56,034 nt of DNA from a virus (IMGVR_UViG_3300033233_000048:1-56034); one strand, 5' to 3'; positions 1 through 8,526 are shown, counted from the stretch's first letter. A program made the numbers and translations. Notes: generated by a model not told the origin, from the letters alone.

Positions 1-127
1 GAGCCGACCGGGGGACCACAATGAAAGTCATTGTTTGTGGGGATCGAAACTGGATTAATCGAGACTTCATTTATTCCACTTTAGATAAGTATCCAATCAC
101 CGAGCTCATCGAAGGTGGAGCCAATGG
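1..127. repeat. Terminal direct repeat, copy 1 (circular assembly overlap)
   Basis: 1-127 is identical to 55908-56034. ORF 55659..55931 ends in an ATGA overlap with the start of ORF 21..368 across the junction. Confidence 0.95.
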
Positions 128-368
128 TGCCGATGCTTTCGCTGCTCAGTATGCTAAAGATCATGGTATAGTACATCATCAAATAATTGCCAAGTGGGAA
201 GAATTCGGTAAAGGTGCTGGCCCTATTCGCAATATGCAAATGTTAGCTATAAAACCAGATCTAGTCATTGCATTTCATAATAATATCAAACATTCTCGCG
301 GTACTGCGAATATCCTCAATAGAGCTAGACGAGCGAAAATACCTATACTCCTCTTCAAGACCAAATGA
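21..368 (+). CDS. SLOG/YspA-like (DUF2493-type) protein
   Basis: Motifs KVIVCGDRNW, LIEGGANGAD, W..FGKGAGPIRN..ML and VIAFH..SRGT. Confidence 0.85.
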   Translation: MKVIVCGDRNWINRDFIYSTLDKYPITELIEGGANGADAFAAQYAKDHGIVHHQIIAKWEEFGKGAGPIRNMQMLAIKPDLVIAFHNNIKHSRGTANILNRARRAKIPILLFKTK

Positions 369-698
369 CTCGGACAATTACCGAATTAATCACGAGGCCA
401 CAGGGAGATGCAGCTGTGGCATCAGAGGCTTCTTTGGTAACTTGTTATAGACTGACCGGGGTGGGCGACTCGGAGATTCTTAGTTGGAAACTTAGTCAAG
501 ATTTATTGAGCATTCTTATGGCAAATAAACTGTCTAAACCCACAGGGGGACACTTTGCAGACAGTTATTGTCAGCTTCAGATCGGAGGGTGCCATATACT
601 GTCCCTCCGACCGATAATACCCTATAAGGGTTATCGGTCGGGGGGACAGTATTGGCCCGTCTGATGCTTTGATGAACTTTACTGTACGAGACAGTTAA

Positions 699-977
699 AT
701 GGGAAAGATCAAAGTATTCTTGACTAATGACCAATCAGCGGTGTCATCTCTTTCAGTTCCAGATTTCAGAAAAGTAATGATAAGAATCCCAACCGGTAAG
801 AAACCAATTAGCTCACCGCATATGTTCTATCGTCACCCGTGTGAAGAACATAACGAACTCGCCCCCACTGTGGTTCTGCCGGCGTTTACTTTTGATAAAG
901 AACAGCCTGAAGGAAATCCAGTGGGCCATGTAAAAATCTGTTTTCTATGTTGGGCTCTTCTAGAAAAACTTCCTTAA
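699..977 (+). CDS. Hypothetical protein
   Basis: ORF on the early strand; CEEH and CFLC motifs. Confidence 0.45.
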   Translation: MGKIKVFLTNDQSAVSSLSVPDFRKVMIRIPTGKKPISSPHMFYRHPCEEHNELAPTVVLPAFTFDKEQPEGNPVGHVKICFLCWALLEKLP

Positions 978-1132
978 GAGCCTATTTCAAGTCGGCGATT
1001 TTTGTCAATAGCCGAGTAAATCCTCAGCATCCAGAACTAATCACTCAGCATCATCTTGGGATCCCGGCAATCAAAATGGGTTCTAAAATTTCCCAATGAG
1101 AAGGGGGCTAGGGAAAAGCCCTAAGCTTCCTG

Positions 1133-1161
1133 TTGACAAACCGACTAGGTTGTGATAGACG
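1133..1161 (+). promoter_or_regulatory. Class A promoter-like site (weak -10)
   Basis: TTGACA-aaccgactaggttgtga-TAGACG; shares the AACCGACT spacer with four other promoters. Confidence 0.5.
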
Positions 1162-1204
1162 CGTGGACAATATTAGACAATATAAAAGAGACTTCAGCTT
1201 CTTA

Positions 1205-1233
1205 TTGACAATCCTTGTAAGATGTGATATAAT
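1205..1233 (+). promoter_or_regulatory. Sigma70-type promoter
   Basis: TTGACA-17 bp-TATAAT with an extended -10 TG. Confidence 0.9.
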
Positions 1234-1276
1234 CATAGTAATGGTCAGACTAGGGACTAGGATATGGAGGTGGCAG

Positions 1277-1498
1277 ATGAAACGACCAAACTGGGCTAAC
1301 TGGTCAGACTTCCAGAAATCACTCGAGAATCTCCACCCAGACCTCAAGCGGATGATCATCGCCCGTCATGTTAGAGTAGATTCACTCTCCCTTCCAATCA
1401 ATATCGGGGAATCCTCAAGTAATCCGCTGGTGGTATCAGGGAGATCTTTTCGCGAGGATCTGAAAGGTGCCTCAATGCATGGCAGTAGATCTAACTAG
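1277..1498 (+). CDS. Hypothetical early protein (73 aa)
   Basis: GGAGG RBS before ATG 1277. The track start at 1133 is the promoter TTG. Confidence 0.55.
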   Translation: MKRPNWANWSDFQKSLENLHPDLKRMIIARHVRVDSLSLPINIGESSSNPLVVSGRSFREDLKGASMHGSRSN

Positions 1499-1597
1499 GC
1501 CGTCGCCAGCACTTCAACTATGGGGCGCTACACCTGGAACACGGATCGATCGCTCTGGTGTTCTGTCAGTACTGCCCGCGAAAGTCGGGCCGCCCCA
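1426..1597 (+). ncRNA. Candidate two-domain structured RNA
   Basis: GCTGGTGGT(1426)/GTCGCCAGC(1510) encloses two hairpins. TGGGGCG(1521)/CGCCCCA(1597) encloses GAACAC/GTGTTC and GCCCG/CGGGC hairpins. Confidence 0.4.
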
Positions 1598-1610
1598 CTT
1601 CACCTTCCTG

Positions 1611-1639
1611 TTGACAAACTGACTGAGATGATATATAAT
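1611..1639 (+). promoter_or_regulatory. Sigma70-type promoter, class A
   Basis: TTGACA-aactgactgagatgata-TATAAT. Confidence 0.9.
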
Positions 1640-1690
1640 CTTAGTAATGGTCAAACAAGACGGACCACGCAAGGGATCAGGAGGTACTAG

Positions 1691-2011
1691 TTGAGTAGGC
1701 CAGCAGCCCTACGGTACACCTCTAACCCATTTGTCCAGAAGAGGAGAGAAACAGGAAGCAAGAAACTCGGATTAGATTTTGAGAGGCTTCACCCTTCTGA
1801 CAATCTCGTCAAGGACCACTTGGAGAACTCAAGGCGGCAACAGTTTCTCAGTGGTGAACTCCAACGAGCTGAACGGGAAGGCAAATACTCGAAGTCGAGG
1901 AAGATGAGGAGACTTCTCAATCAAGCACTGGAAGAAGCCCTGTGGCTTCGTTCTACTTGGTGTCAGACTTGCCTCAATGTTCTTCACAACTGCTCTTGCA
2001 AGGAGAACTAG
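1691..2011 (+). CDS. Hypothetical protein with C-terminal Cys cluster
   Basis: AGGAGG RBS, TTG start, CQTC..HNCSC. Confidence 0.7.
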   Translation: MSRPAALRYTSNPFVQKRRETGSKKLGLDFERLHPSDNLVKDHLENSRRQQFLSGELQRAEREGKYSKSRKMRRLLNQALEEALWLRSTWCQTCLNVLHNCSCKEN

Positions 2012-2203
2012 ATGAAATATGCGGTTTACTATTTGAATCACGATGATCCAAGTTCGGCTGTTATCATTCCATTTGATGAGCTTGAGTTCTATGAAGCGTG
2101 GGAGAAAGACAAGATTGTAGAACATCTTAGTGATGAAACTCCTGGTTATAGGGTAGAAGTGGGTTCTATCGTTCATGTTGGTTTCTCTCTATTGGTAGAT
2201 TAG
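2012..2203 (+). CDS. Hypothetical protein
   Basis: AGGAG RBS; abuts the previous gene. Confidence 0.65.
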   Translation: MKYAVYYLNHDDPSSAVIIPFDELEFYEAWEKDKIVEHLSDETPGYRVEVGSIVHVGFSLLVD

Positions 2204-2212
2204 GGGAGAACA

Positions 2213-2548
2213 ATGGCAGTAGAACTGGATGAACTAAAACCTTCTCGTGATCTGGGCCCTTGCAGCCACTGTGGTAACCCGGCCCAGAAGATCTCGAGTG
2301 GAACTCCAGAATGTTGGAAGTGTTGGAACTGGCGAAAGATTGATAGCTCGGCTGCTAAGTATTGGGTGAAGGGGATTGATTCTCTCTTCAACAATGAATA
2401 TGGGGCCGGACCAGATCCTAATGACTGGGAACAATGGGGTCGGTGGGGAATGAGAGAGTCAATGATATTGGCACTACATACGCTTCGGGCAGTAGGACAG
2501 GCGTATGAGGAGATGATCGCCAATCCGCGACCATGGAGGAAGAAGTGA
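2213..2548 (+). CDS. Hypothetical protein with Zn-finger-like motif
   Basis: GGGGAG RBS; CSHC..CWKC. Confidence 0.7.
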   Translation: MAVELDELKPSRDLGPCSHCGNPAQKISSGTPECWKCWNWRKIDSSAAKYWVKGIDSLFNNEYGAGPDPNDWEQWGRWGMRESMILALHTLRAVGQAYEEMIANPRPWRKK

Positions 2549-2733
2549 GTGTGGAACAACAACACTCAAGGATCGCCGAGGCACCAAGTCAAGGGTGGGT
2601 GGTCTGGCTCTCCACAGATGCTTTTGAGTTAGTCAAGCAACTACTTGAGTCTGTGGCAGAAGATGAGAATCCAGGCTTTCGTTCTAAGGAAAATAGGAAG
2701 ATGGCCGAAGATATCTTAGAGGGGATTTACTGA
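2533..2733 (+). CDS. Hypothetical protein
   Basis: Tightly packed in the early operon. Confidence 0.6.
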   Translation: MEEEVSVEQQHSRIAEAPSQGWVVWLSTDAFELVKQLLESVAEDENPGFRSKENRKMAEDILEGIY

Positions 2734-2945
2734 TGGCTACGATTAACTCACGAGCAATTGTGGATGAACTAATCAAGGGGAATGGTATCTATCCCGGTGA
2801 TCATATTAGAGTAGTGAAGATCGTGGAATACACTAATGATTGGGGAGGACAATGTTACGGTTTGATTTATGCCGATGAACCATGGGATAACTACCATGAG
2901 AGTCAGTTTGTTCATAATCCCAAGACAATCTGGGAGTTCATCTAA
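2733..2945 (+). CDS. Hypothetical protein
   Basis: TGATG coupling to the previous gene; GAGGGG RBS. Confidence 0.7.
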   Translation: MATINSRAIVDELIKGNGIYPGDHIRVVKIVEYTNDWGGQCYGLIYADEPWDNYHESQFVHNPKTIWEFI

Positions 2946-3107
2946 ATGAGAACACAAACTGACTACACAGAGCAGAAGAACCGGTGTGCCAACTGTGGGC
3001 ATCGGCTAGTGATGCATACTCCAAAGTGTACAGTTGAGAATGGGGACGCTTATGATCCTGCTAAGTTTATGCCTTGTCTTTGTAAGAAGGCTGTGAAGAA
3101 TGGCTAG
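2946..3107 (+). CDS. Small Cys/His-rich protein (53 aa, not in ORF track)
   Basis: MRTQTDYTEQKNRCANCGHRLVMH...CLC; GGAG RBS; fills the gap exactly. Confidence 0.6.
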   Translation: MRTQTDYTEQKNRCANCGHRLVMHTPKCTVENGDAYDPAKFMPCLCKKAVKNG

Positions 3108-3309
3108 GGTACCAGAGATTCAACTGGCTGATGCACTTCTGGCAATCGAACCGGCGAAGGTGGCTGGTGGTAGTAAATCTCGTCGGGATTGGCTGGGAAT
3201 TGTTCTTGATGTTCAGGCATACTTGTTAGAGGGGGAATGGGCGGCTGATAAGTTTATTGATCGGCTCTTGGGAGAGAAGAAGATAGAAAGGACGGTAATT
3301 GGTGGCTAG
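3100..3309 (+). CDS. Hypothetical protein
   Basis: Overlapping early operon gene. Confidence 0.6.
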   Translation: MARVPEIQLADALLAIEPAKVAGGSKSRRDWLGIVLDVQAYLLEGEWAADKFIDRLLGEKKIERTVIGG

Positions 3310-3559
3310 TGATGACAAGTGGGTTGTTCATCTTGGGGATGGCACTTGGGTTGAACTCGATGAGCTTCCTACTGTTGTTCTTCTTACCAAAGATCAGTTA
3401 GAAGAGATTGAAGATTTAGAGGATTTTCCTTTGGATTGTAAACCATTCACTCATATTCATATCAAGGATTTAGTAGAACAGTCTCATTGGGCTGATCATG
3501 TTAGAGTAGATAAGGCGGTGGGATCACATGACACAGGGGATCTACATCCGAGGCAGTAG
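3299..3559 (+). CDS. Hypothetical protein
   Basis: Overlapping early operon gene. Confidence 0.6.
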   Translation: MVASDDKWVVHLGDGTWVELDELPTVVLLTKDQLEEIEDLEDFPLDCKPFTHIHIKDLVEQSHWADHVRVDKAVGSHDTGDLHPRQ

Positions 3560-3773
3560 GCCAAAGTCGAAGAAAGAGATCAAAGAGGCGGTGGTTGAGA
3601 ACCCCCATAATGTGAATATTGAGGCAACCTCATTCTTTGGTAATGAGTACGATGGGTGCGTTGCCGATCTTCCAGATGACACTAGGATCTATTTCGTTGG
3701 GCCTGATCCTTATACGAGACGTAACTTCTACGGTCAGATCATCAAGAAAGATGGGAAGGTGAGAGTGGTATGA
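3528..3773 (+). CDS. Hypothetical protein
   Basis: Protein-like composition; operon context. Confidence 0.7.
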   Translation: MTQGIYIRGSRPKSKKEIKEAVVENPHNVNIEATSFFGNEYDGCVADLPDDTRIYFVGPDPYTRRNFYGQIIKKDGKVRVV

Positions 3774-3919
3774 GTAAACGCCCACGCTGCTTCTTCTGTG
3801 GGATTGGTATTTCACAGAAACATCAGATCAAGGGGATCAAGACATCTGAAGAACGATTACTTCATGCAATCTTCAATCGTCAAGTTTGTCAGGGTTGCTA
3901 TAGGAAGGGGAAACTGTGA
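3770..3919 (+). CDS. Small Zn-finger protein (49 aa, not in ORF track)
   Basis: MSKRPRCFFC...CQGC; ATGA and GTGA overlaps with both neighbours. Confidence 0.6.
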   Translation: MSKRPRCFFCGIGISQKHQIKGIKTSEERLLHAIFNRQVCQGCYRKGKL

Positions 3920-4113
3920 ATGCAGAAGTTGTAACACGACACTTCGGGGATTGTTGGGACATCGACGTCAGTGGTGAGCTGTACTACATTGACTTCAAAG
4001 GGAAGAGGGTTGTTGGTCCAGATGGTATGGAGTACAACATTGATGTTTGGCAAGAAGAGTGGGGAGTAAATCTCTCAGAGTTGGATTTCTATGATGCAAG
4101 ACTATCTCGATAA
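3916..4113 (+). CDS. Hypothetical protein
   Basis: GTGA coupling. Confidence 0.6.
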   Translation: MNAEVVTRHFGDCWDIDVSGELYYIDFKGKRVVGPDGMEYNIDVWQEEWGVNLSELDFYDARLSR

Positions 4114-4348
4114 GGCTCGATTGGGGAAAGCAGATCTTCATCTTTGCAATAATCCCGATTGTGGGGCATTTGCTGATGATCAACATGTACCTCTGCTGAC
4201 AGAATCAGCATCTCTGGCTGAACAAGCTAAACATGAGTATGACCGACTTCCAGAAGAGGAGAAGAAGGAGGTAAAAAGAAAGTGGGATGAAATGTCAGAA
4301 GAGGAACGTCAGGAAATCAGGGATGAAGTGGAGTTCGATCTTCTATGA
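4091..4348 (+). CDS. Hypothetical acidic/helical protein
   Basis: Operon context. Confidence 0.6.
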   Translation: MMQDYLDKARLGKADLHLCNNPDCGAFADDQHVPLLTESASLAEQAKHEYDRLPEEEKKEVKRKWDEMSEEERQEIRDEVEFDLL

Positions 4349-4512
4349 AACGCCAGTGGTGGTGGTTCTGGCATGTGTATCGTTGGAGAGTTCTAGCTGC
4401 TATTTTTGGATCAATCAATCACTCCATAGAGAGATTCCATGATAGGTGGCACCAGACTAAGAAAGAATGGTGTGAGATGTGTAAGTTGAGAGAGAATGAT
4501 TATGAGTGGTAG
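4345..4512 (+). CDS. Small Trp-rich protein (55 aa, not in ORF track)
   Basis: ATGA coupling; GGAG RBS; MKRQWWWFWHVY. Confidence 0.45.
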   Translation: MKRQWWWFWHVYRWRVLAAIFGSINHSIERFHDRWHQTKKEWCEMCKLRENDYEW

Positions 4513-4786
4513 GAAAGGATACAAGGCAGTTCTGTTCTCACCAGATGGTGATTGGGTAGTTGATCACAGATATCAGACTGTGGAACAGGTTCTAGAAGCG
4601 GTTGATAATCAAGGAAGTAGATGGATTTTCTATCCATTCCCTGTAGTTATACGTGATAGAAGTCAGCTCACTACACATAGACAGCGTATAGTGAGTGCTC
4701 CAGGATTGTCTTGGTTCGTTGGAAAATCAATCAATACTCTTAGTAGACATCTCCAGGAACATGGGTGGGAGTATCTCCACGACTAG
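4496..4786 (+). CDS. Hypothetical protein
   Basis: Operon context. Confidence 0.6.
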   Translation: MIMSGRKGYKAVLFSPDGDWVVDHRYQTVEQVLEAVDNQGSRWIFYPFPVVIRDRSQLTTHRQRIVSAPGLSWFVGKSINTLSRHLQEHGWEYLHD

Positions 4787-5763
4787 AAGGGTTGGCCTCT
4801 GTGAAACAAGATCAACTCAGACCGACTCGACTCATCGAGTACATTGGGCAAGATCAAATCAAAGATCAACTTGGAGCGGCACTGGCTTCAGCAAAGGCTA
4901 GAGATACGGCACTACCGCATGTTCTTCTGAGTGGTCCACCTGGATTGGGGAAGACAACACTCGCAATGATCATCGCCAATGAAATGGGATGGACGATGAT
5001 TGACTTGATTGGATCGACGGCTGGTAATCCAACAGCGTTGACGAAGAAGATCATGCGAATCAAGCCAGAGACTATGTTCTTTATTGATGAGATTCATGCT
5101 TTGAGGAAACCAGTTCAGGAGATTCTATATCCAGTTCTTGAAGATAATCGGGTACTTTTTCGTATAGGATCAGCATCCGCTGAAGTAGATCTACCGCCAG
5201 TAACTATCATGGGCGCAACTACAGATCTAGGTAAACTGACTCAACCATTCATTGACAGATTTCAACTTCAGTTTGAGTTGTCATTCTATCATGTGGATGA
5301 ACTAATAGAACTGGGAGTTATAAGCTCCGGGAAACTGGGGCTGAATCTGCCAGAAGAGGCTATTGAGGTAATCGCTGAGAGAAGTCGTGGAACTCCGCGA
5401 TACGTCAATAACTATCTCAAATGGGTTCGTGATTTCAAGATCTTTGAGAAGGTAGAAACTGTCGATCGCAAGTTCGTTCAACATGTAATGAGGAGAAAAC
5501 TAAGGATTGACAATCTTGGCCTTAGACCATTAGATCGTAACTATCTGAGAACGTTGGCTGACTCACCTACTCCTGTGGGAGTAGAGGCGATAGGATCAAA
5601 ACTGAGACAAGCTGTAGTGACATTGGAGAACACGGTAGAGCCGTTCTTGCTTTATGCGGGATTAGCAGTGAGGATAAGAAATGGACGAGCAATCACAGAA
5701 GCCGGAAGAGCCCACCTTGACTCCCTCCATCGGAGTAGTTCGAGAAATCCTTCTCGAGCCTAA
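4765..5763 (+). CDS. ruvB: Holliday junction branch-migration ATPase RuvB homologue
   Basis: LRP..L.EYIGQ, Walker A GPPGLGKTT, Walker B FIDEIH, GATT, DRF arginine finger, RSRGTPR, and C-terminal wHTH with EPFL. Confidence 0.93.
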   Translation: MGVSPRLEGLASVKQDQLRPTRLIEYIGQDQIKDQLGAALASAKARDTALPHVLLSGPPGLGKTTLAMIIANEMGWTMIDLIGSTAGNPTALTKKIMRIKPETMFFIDEIHALRKPVQEILYPVLEDNRVLFRIGSASAEVDLPPVTIMGATTDLGKLTQPFIDRFQLQFELSFYHVDELIELGVISSGKLGLNLPEEAIEVIAERSRGTPRYVNNYLKWVRDFKIFEKVETVDRKFVQHVMRRKLRIDNLGLRPLDRNYLRTLADSPTPVGVEAIGSKLRQAVVTLENTVEPFLLYAGLAVRIRNGRAITEAGRAHLDSLHRSSSRNPSRA

Positions 5764-5920
5764 CTGGGAGAACACTGCCATGTGGCTTGAGGTTTCATGA
5801 CTTCGAGAAGACTGCCAGAGAACCCATTATCAGTTTCATTGAGCAGATTCGTTACTTATCACTCACTGATCCTGAGGCGGTGGAACGGATTATTCAAAGG
5901 TTGGGTCGATAAACTTTCAT

Positions 5921-5949
5921 TTGACAAACCGACTTTGAGATTATATAAT
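5921..5949 (+). promoter_or_regulatory. Sigma70-type promoter, class A
   Basis: TTGACA-aaccgactttgagatta-TATAAT. Confidence 0.9.
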
Positions 5950-6047
5950 AGAAGAGTCAGGGCAGGACAATATGGCCGTGGTTGAGGCAGATACCCTGAA
6001 CTGTTTTTGTTCTTCCCTGACATTTAGATCTAATGGAGGTTTAGCTG

Positions 6048-6272
6048 ATGGGAGAAGTAAAAGCACTTCTCAGTAAAGCCACATGGACGGTAGAACGAAC
6101 TGCCCTCTTAGAGGAAGTCATCTTAGATAATGAGGCGGTTAGATTTAGAGTTCAAGTGTCAGATGAAGGACGGCGGCCATTCATCTCACGCTGGTTCAAT
6201 GACCCAGTTCCGGCGGCTGACTTCATTGATAAGATAAAAGGAGGACACTTCAATGCCGAGGATGACCGCTAG
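6048..6272 (+). CDS. Hypothetical protein
   Basis: GGAGG RBS downstream of the promoter. Confidence 0.75.
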   Translation: MGEVKALLSKATWTVERTALLEEVILDNEAVRFRVQVSDEGRRPFISRWFNDPVPAADFIDKIKGGHFNAEDDR

Positions 6273-6537
6273 GCCGGTTGTAGAAGAAGCTAAGAGAGAT
6301 CCAAGATTGGAAAAGGTAGCGGGGTTTGGAAGATCTATCGCCCAGCCACCATTGCAGCTACCTGTGGATGATCACAAAGGATTCAAAGCTGATCATAACG
6401 CAATATTGCGATCAAAGAAACATAAGTTGATAAGGAGGTATGCTGAGCAGAGGATTAGTAGGGCACTTCGACTGGGAATGTCCATCTCAAAGGATCTGTT
6501 AGAACTAGCTAAGTTCAAGAAGAAGGTGGGGCAATAG
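6253..6537 (+). CDS. Hypothetical basic protein
   Basis: AGGAGG RBS. Confidence 0.7.
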   Translation: MPRMTARPVVEEAKRDPRLEKVAGFGRSIAQPPLQLPVDDHKGFKADHNAILRSKKHKLIRRYAEQRISRALRLGMSISKDLLELAKFKKKVGQ

Positions 6538-6539
6538 TC

Positions 6540-6866
6540 ATGGCGACAGAAGAGGTTCAGGTGGAAGAGAAGACTCCTGTTCCTTACAAATGGAGGGTTG
6601 ATACGGAACAGGGAATGCAGAGCGCTAGTTTCGAAATGGACGCCGGTACTGATATCGTACCGAAACATCTTGATGTCCAAGAAACTATCGCTATGGCATT
6701 GGGGGTTCGGGCCAATCAAGTCATTGTGGTGAACGTGAGCTTGATCTCTGACGGTTATTCATGGTTCGAAGCGGCTTCTGTGTCGTTCACTTTGGGTGGA
6801 GAACCTAAGGGCGGACTGATCATGAAGATCTCAGGACGTCGGATCAGGAAGACCGATTCTTACTAA
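6540..6866 (+). CDS. Hypothetical protein
   Basis: Operon context. Confidence 0.7.
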   Translation: MATEEVQVEEKTPVPYKWRVDTEQGMQSASFEMDAGTDIVPKHLDVQETIAMALGVRANQVIVVNVSLISDGYSWFEAASVSFTLGGEPKGGLIMKISGRRIRKTDSY

Positions 6867-6893
6867 AAGGGGTGGGAATAAGTTTCAAACTCC

Positions 6894-6923
6894 TTGACAA
6901 ACCGACTCAGGATCTTATATAAT
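6894..6923 (+). promoter_or_regulatory. Sigma70-type promoter, class A
   Basis: TTGACA-aaccgactcaggatctta-TATAAT (18 bp spacer). Confidence 0.85.
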
Positions 6924-6976
6924 GCAATGGACGGTCAAGACAACAAGTTCTTGACAACACACAGGAGGTTCTAGTA

Positions 6977-7429
6977 ATGCCGAAGAAGGCAGCAGTGGCA
7001 GTTGCCGACGATGAGATCGAGGAGCTCGATGAGGTTGAGGCGACTGCTGAGGCTTCAACGGAGGCGGCTCCGAAGAAGGCTCGCGCCAAGAAGGAGAAGC
7101 CTGCTCGTGCTGGAATGAGCACGAAGGAAGCGGCTGAGTCCCTTGGGATCACGCCGGTTCGTCTTCGTCGAATCCTTCGCACAGAGGATGGTGGGTTCCC
7201 AGATAAGGAATACACTCGCTACGATCTGAGCAACGAGATCGTGGAACACGTCAGAGGACTCCTCGCAAGTGGGGCCGCTGAGAAGGCTGCACGACCGCGC
7301 AAGGCGAAGACAGAGAAGGTCGAGAACGCGGCCGAGGAAGTCTCGGATGAGCTTGAGGACCTTGAGGATATCGAGGAGTCCGATGAGGACGAACTCGAGC
7401 TTGAGGATGAGGACGAGGAAGAGAGTTAG
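6977..7429 (+). CDS. HTH-like DNA-binding protein with basic linkers and a very acidic C-terminal tail
   Basis: AGGAGG RBS; MSTKEAAESLGITPVRLRRILR resembles an HTH; tail EDLEDIEESDEDELELEDEDEEES. Confidence 0.8.
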   Translation: MPKKAAVAVADDEIEELDEVEATAEASTEAAPKKARAKKEKPARAGMSTKEAAESLGITPVRLRRILRTEDGGFPDKEYTRYDLSNEIVEHVRGLLASGAAEKAARPRKAKTEKVENAAEEVSDELEDLEDIEESDEDELELEDEDEEES

Positions 7430-7435
7430 TCTTCA

Positions 7436-7568
7436 ACTGGCGAAGGTGTAACTAGGATTAGGGTTATTGCCCGGTACTGACGAGTACGTTCTAGGTTACA
7501 TGGTTGATTGTTTCACTTCGTGGAATAATCAACCGCAGAGAATGGTTTATTAGGGACGTTCTGCCAGT
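7436..7568 (+). ncRNA. Candidate multi-stem structured RNA
   Basis: Closing stem ACTGGC/GCCAGT. Arms TGTAACTAG/CTAGGTTACA (with two inner hairpins), GGTTGATTGTTTCAC/GTGGAATAATCAACC and AGAATG/CGTTCT. Confidence 0.55.
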
Positions 7569-7574
7569 AGATCG

Positions 7575-7635
7575 GGAAGAGGTAGAGCTAGGAATCCACT
7601 GACCAGTGGTGACTTAGTTCTACCTCTTCTTTTTG
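7575..7635 (+). terminator. Intrinsic terminator
   Basis: GAAGAGGTAGAGCTAG...TTAGTTCTACCTCTTC stem followed by TTTTT. Confidence 0.8.
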
Positions 7636-7770
7636 TGTGTGAAAAACCGCAGCAACTGAGCTCTGTGGAATAAAAAGCTCCTTAAGAGCCTCAGGATCAG
7701 CATCCGAATTCGTCTCAATCTTGGATGTTAAAGGTAGTCTCGCTCTGTCAACCACAACATCAAGATCATA

Positions 7771-7799
7771 TTGACAAGCCCATAAAGATGTGATATTAT
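7771..7799 (+). promoter_or_regulatory. Sigma70-type promoter
   Basis: TTGACA-17 bp-TATTAT with an extended TG; spacer end AAGATGTGA shared with the 1205 promoter. Confidence 0.85.
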
Positions 7800-7845
7800 A
7801 TGACTATGGGACCAGACACGACAAAGGGAATGAGGAGGTTGGACA

Positions 7846-8088
7846 ATGACCAAGGTTGGTACCGAATGGGATGCTTACCTCCGTCTCATCGCAACTAATC
7901 CCTCTTGGACAATAACTACTAAATGGGGTAGTTATCCCCTCAGCTTTCTAAACTTCCGTCAATATTTGGTCAATGCCTATGGTCGCCTCCAAGTTCATAG
8001 CCGAGCAGAGGCTCTTGCCGCCACTGAGGGGGCAGTTTTAGAACAGCCGCCCAGAAAGCCTAGGGGGGGTCGTTATGAACGAGGATGA
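7846..8088 (+). CDS. Hypothetical protein
   Basis: GAGGAGG RBS. Confidence 0.75.
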   Translation: MTKVGTEWDAYLRLIATNPSWTITTKWGSYPLSFLNFRQYLVNAYGRLQVHSRAEALAATEGAVLEQPPRKPRGGRYERG

Positions 8089-8281
8089 TGTTTATCTACA
8101 TCAAGAACTCGAAATCGCCGAGAGGTTTGGGAAGAAAGCCTCTGAATCAGCTAACTATGGCTGTGGAGTGTATGAAGGGAAGGATTACCTCCAAGTATCT
8201 ACCAAGATCTATGGCAAAGGCATCCTCACAACCACCTTGAGTGATGGTAAGATGAAGGATGTCTGGGAAGACTTCGACTGA
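8075..8281 (+). CDS. Hypothetical protein
   Basis: G-rich RBS; overlap with the previous gene. Confidence 0.65.
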   Translation: MNEDDVYLHQELEIAERFGKKASESANYGCGVYEGKDYLQVSTKIYGKGILTTTLSDGKMKDVWEDFD

Positions 8282-8520
8282 GATCACCACCTTCCAACAC
8301 CATCTATCAGCATCACACCTCCGCCAACCTCCAAAGTGGCTGTGGTTGATGTTGTTTTGTTGTAGTTTGATGATAGATGCTGAGGTTTCGGCCTCAACAA
8401 CAGCATCAATCATCAGCATCGATCTTTCATAAATATTCCTTTATAGGTAGGAAAGATTGATTGATGCTGAGGTTCCCGAGCAACATCACCTTAAGAGCCT
8501 CAGCATCACATCAACTTTTC
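8281..8520. repeat. Non-coding region with nested inverted repeats and CAGCATC/GATGCTG motifs
   Basis: GATGCTG(8376)/CAGCATC(8401); TGATGCTGAGG(8462)/CCTCAGCATCA(8498); further CAGCATC at 8308 and 8414. Confidence 0.6.
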
Positions 8521-8526
8521 CGAGGT

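Noticed and set aside
1133-1276. ORF-track starts at 1133 and 51682 (MTNRL...)
   Set aside because: These TTG starts are the -35 boxes of repeated promoters. Real starts with an RBS lie downstream.
7477-7500. Hammerhead ribozyme (CTGACGA core)
   Set aside because: No stem II followed by GAAA and no matching NUH site.
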